This document shows positions 62,605-64,000 of a DNA stretch of 64,000 nt, piece by piece. Source of the DNA: Obrimoposthia wandeli (Eukaryota); assembly GCA_977020255.1 (NCBI GenBank), contig CDROCS010005513.1, positions 1 through 64,000 on the forward strand, written 5' to 3'. A program made the translations under genes and the position numbers. How positions within the stretch are numbered: the first letter of the stretch is position 1; the number at the start of each line of letters is the position of its first letter. Below the pieces are notes generated by a model that saw nothing but the letters and a program-made list of their open reading frames with translations, searched no databases and was not told the DNA's origin.

Positions 62605-64000
62605 AATTTTTCTGCAGCTCTGCAATGTCGTCACTATCACTGATAAAGCCAAGGGGATTGATCTGCTTGGCTGCATCCGTATAGTCAGGCTCTATCCCAT
62701 CCAGTCGCGCTTGCGCCGTGGGTAATTTAATACTGAAGCGAACCCCTGAAATATCCAACAGGTTAAAAATCACATTGTGAGTTTTATTACCGCCACGCTT
62801 CGGCTGCACATCAATACTCCAACACGGTGCTAATAATGCCTCGCCAAGTTTATGCTGCTGAACAAAACTTTCACTCTTTTTATACTCGTCGTCACTGCTA
62901 AAACGGACTGTCTCTTTCATTCGCTGAGAGGAAATTTCAATTGATTCAATGGCCGAAGGATATTGCCAGCGCTGTGAGCTTTGTTTTTCATTGCTATCGT
63001 CAAGGTCATCAAGCTCGATATAAGGGCGAGAGTCTTTCACGATCACCTTAACAATTTGAGTATCGACATCACCATCTTTCAAGCTGATTCGAATAGAATA
63101 ATTGTCAGCTTGGTTATTCACATTTTCCAGTAACAGATGCCCTTCATAACCTTTCACGATTTCATTAACAAAAAATAAACCTAAACCTTTACCATGATGC
63201 TCGCGGGTTTTTCGGGTGGAATATCCTAGCTGAAACAACTTGGCCTTATGCTCATCCAATATTTGTGGGCCACGGTTATAAACCTGAAAATCGATAAAAC
63301 TGGCGCTTGCATTACTCTTTCCATCGACACCACCAGCAACAGGGCCTTCGGTAACGGATAATAATATACGATCGGTTTTTTGCTTAAACGCAACCTTGCG
63401 TGAAAAGTGCTGAGCATTTTTCAACAGGTTTTCCAAGATCAAGCGCACATGGTTTGAATTCCCTAATAGCGCTTGCTTAGAGGCTACCCGTATATTGAAC
63501 TGATCATCTTGAAAAGACCAAGGCCGTGACAGATCAACCGAGTTCACTAATGACATATCAATAGCATCAGGCTCATGAACAAGATGAACCAAGGTTGAAG
63601 CGACAGATTCGGCGCTGGAGAAATCGACCTTAATAATGGCCGCTGGCGGCTCATCGTTATCTTTCTCTAACATCATTTGGTAATACTGTTCTTCAGCATT
63701 AATAAGAAAGTTAGCGATGTGCAAAGCGATATTGTCTGCGGTTGAGAGATCTAATAAGTCCCATAAATAACGCATTGCCTCTAAGGCTTTCTTGGCTTCT
63801 GCTGAGTTACTCGCATTCTCTTGTTTTAACAGCTCAGTTAATAACGAAGTTACTATGTCATAACTGATCACGCCGTTATGGCGCACTTCTGCAGCGATGC
63901 CTTTAAAGTGTAGAAATTTCTCGTCGTATTCAATATATTCTAATAACTTATCACTGATAAACAGCTTCAACTTATCAGCATGGCCAGAATACGTATGCGC
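62588..64000 (-). CDS. GHKL/HATPase_c-containing sensor-kinase-like protein (5' end outside window)
   Basis: Frame is open to the window edge (AHTYSGHADKLKLFISD). N-box ILENLLKNAQHF, G1 VYNRGP, F-box LFQLGYST, G2 GKGLGLFFV. Confidence 0.75.
   Translation of the reverse strand, partial: AHTYSGHADKLKLFISDKLLEYIEYDEKFLHFKGIAAEVRHNGVISYDIVTSLLTELLKQENASNSAEAKKALEAMRYLWDLLDLSTADNIALHIANFLINAEEQYYQMMLEKDNDEPPAAIIKVDFSSAESVASTLVHLVHEPDAIDMSLVNSVDLSRPWSFQDDQFNIRVASKQALLGNSNHVRLILENLLKNAQHFSRKVAFKQKTDRILLSVTEGPVAGGVDGKSNASASFIDFQVYNRGPQILDEHKAKLFQLGYSTRKTREHHGKGLGLFFVNEIVKGYEGHLLLENVNNQADNYSIRISLKDGDVDTQIVKVIVKDSRPYIELDDLDDSNEKQSSQRWQYPSAIESIEISSQRMKETVRFSSDDEYKKSESFVQQHKLGEALLAPCWSIDVQPKRGGNKTHNVIFNLLDISGVRFSIKLPTAQARLDGIEPDYTDAAKQINPLGFISDSDDIAELQKNFNTPA

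Overview
Mostly core chromosome of a gammaproteobacterium. Gene content and order (rluB-scpB-scpA-trpS-yciO-PHP / yciB-yciI, aroC-prmB, mnmC, fadH, phaC-phaP, selD-mnmH) suggest a marine Oceanospirillales-type organism; this is inference, not a database result. I saw no rRNA, tRNA, CRISPR array, prophage or intact IS element. Recognisable modules: fatty-acid and PHA metabolism (fadH, phaC, phasin, patatin), a selenouridine operon with a PhnCDE-like ABC transporter, tRNA/rRNA modification genes, SMC loaders ScpAB, and a jetABC/mksFEB condensin operon with no jetD nuclease in the window. The best candidate for an undescribed system is 379-4564. It holds a cNMP-binding domain fused to an AdhE-type CoA-acylating aldehyde dehydrogenase. 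Divergent from it are a protein whose N-terminus looks like a domesticated ISL3 transposase (no DDE domain) followed by three ~70-aa repeats, and a stand-alone FIST-like sensor. Other oddities: a plastid/chlamydial GPAT-like acyltransferase lacking the HX4D aspartate, a DUF3127 OB-fold protein ending in an SSB-type DDDVPF tail, a ScpB with a ~300-aa acidic extension, and a soluble tandem NarX/PilJ sensor-domain protein. Several genes are broken by indels, often in A/T homopolymers (8143-8250, ~42400, 58860-59750), so assembly error is at least as likely as pseudogenisation. All family assignments come from motif recognition by eye and need HMM or structure searches.
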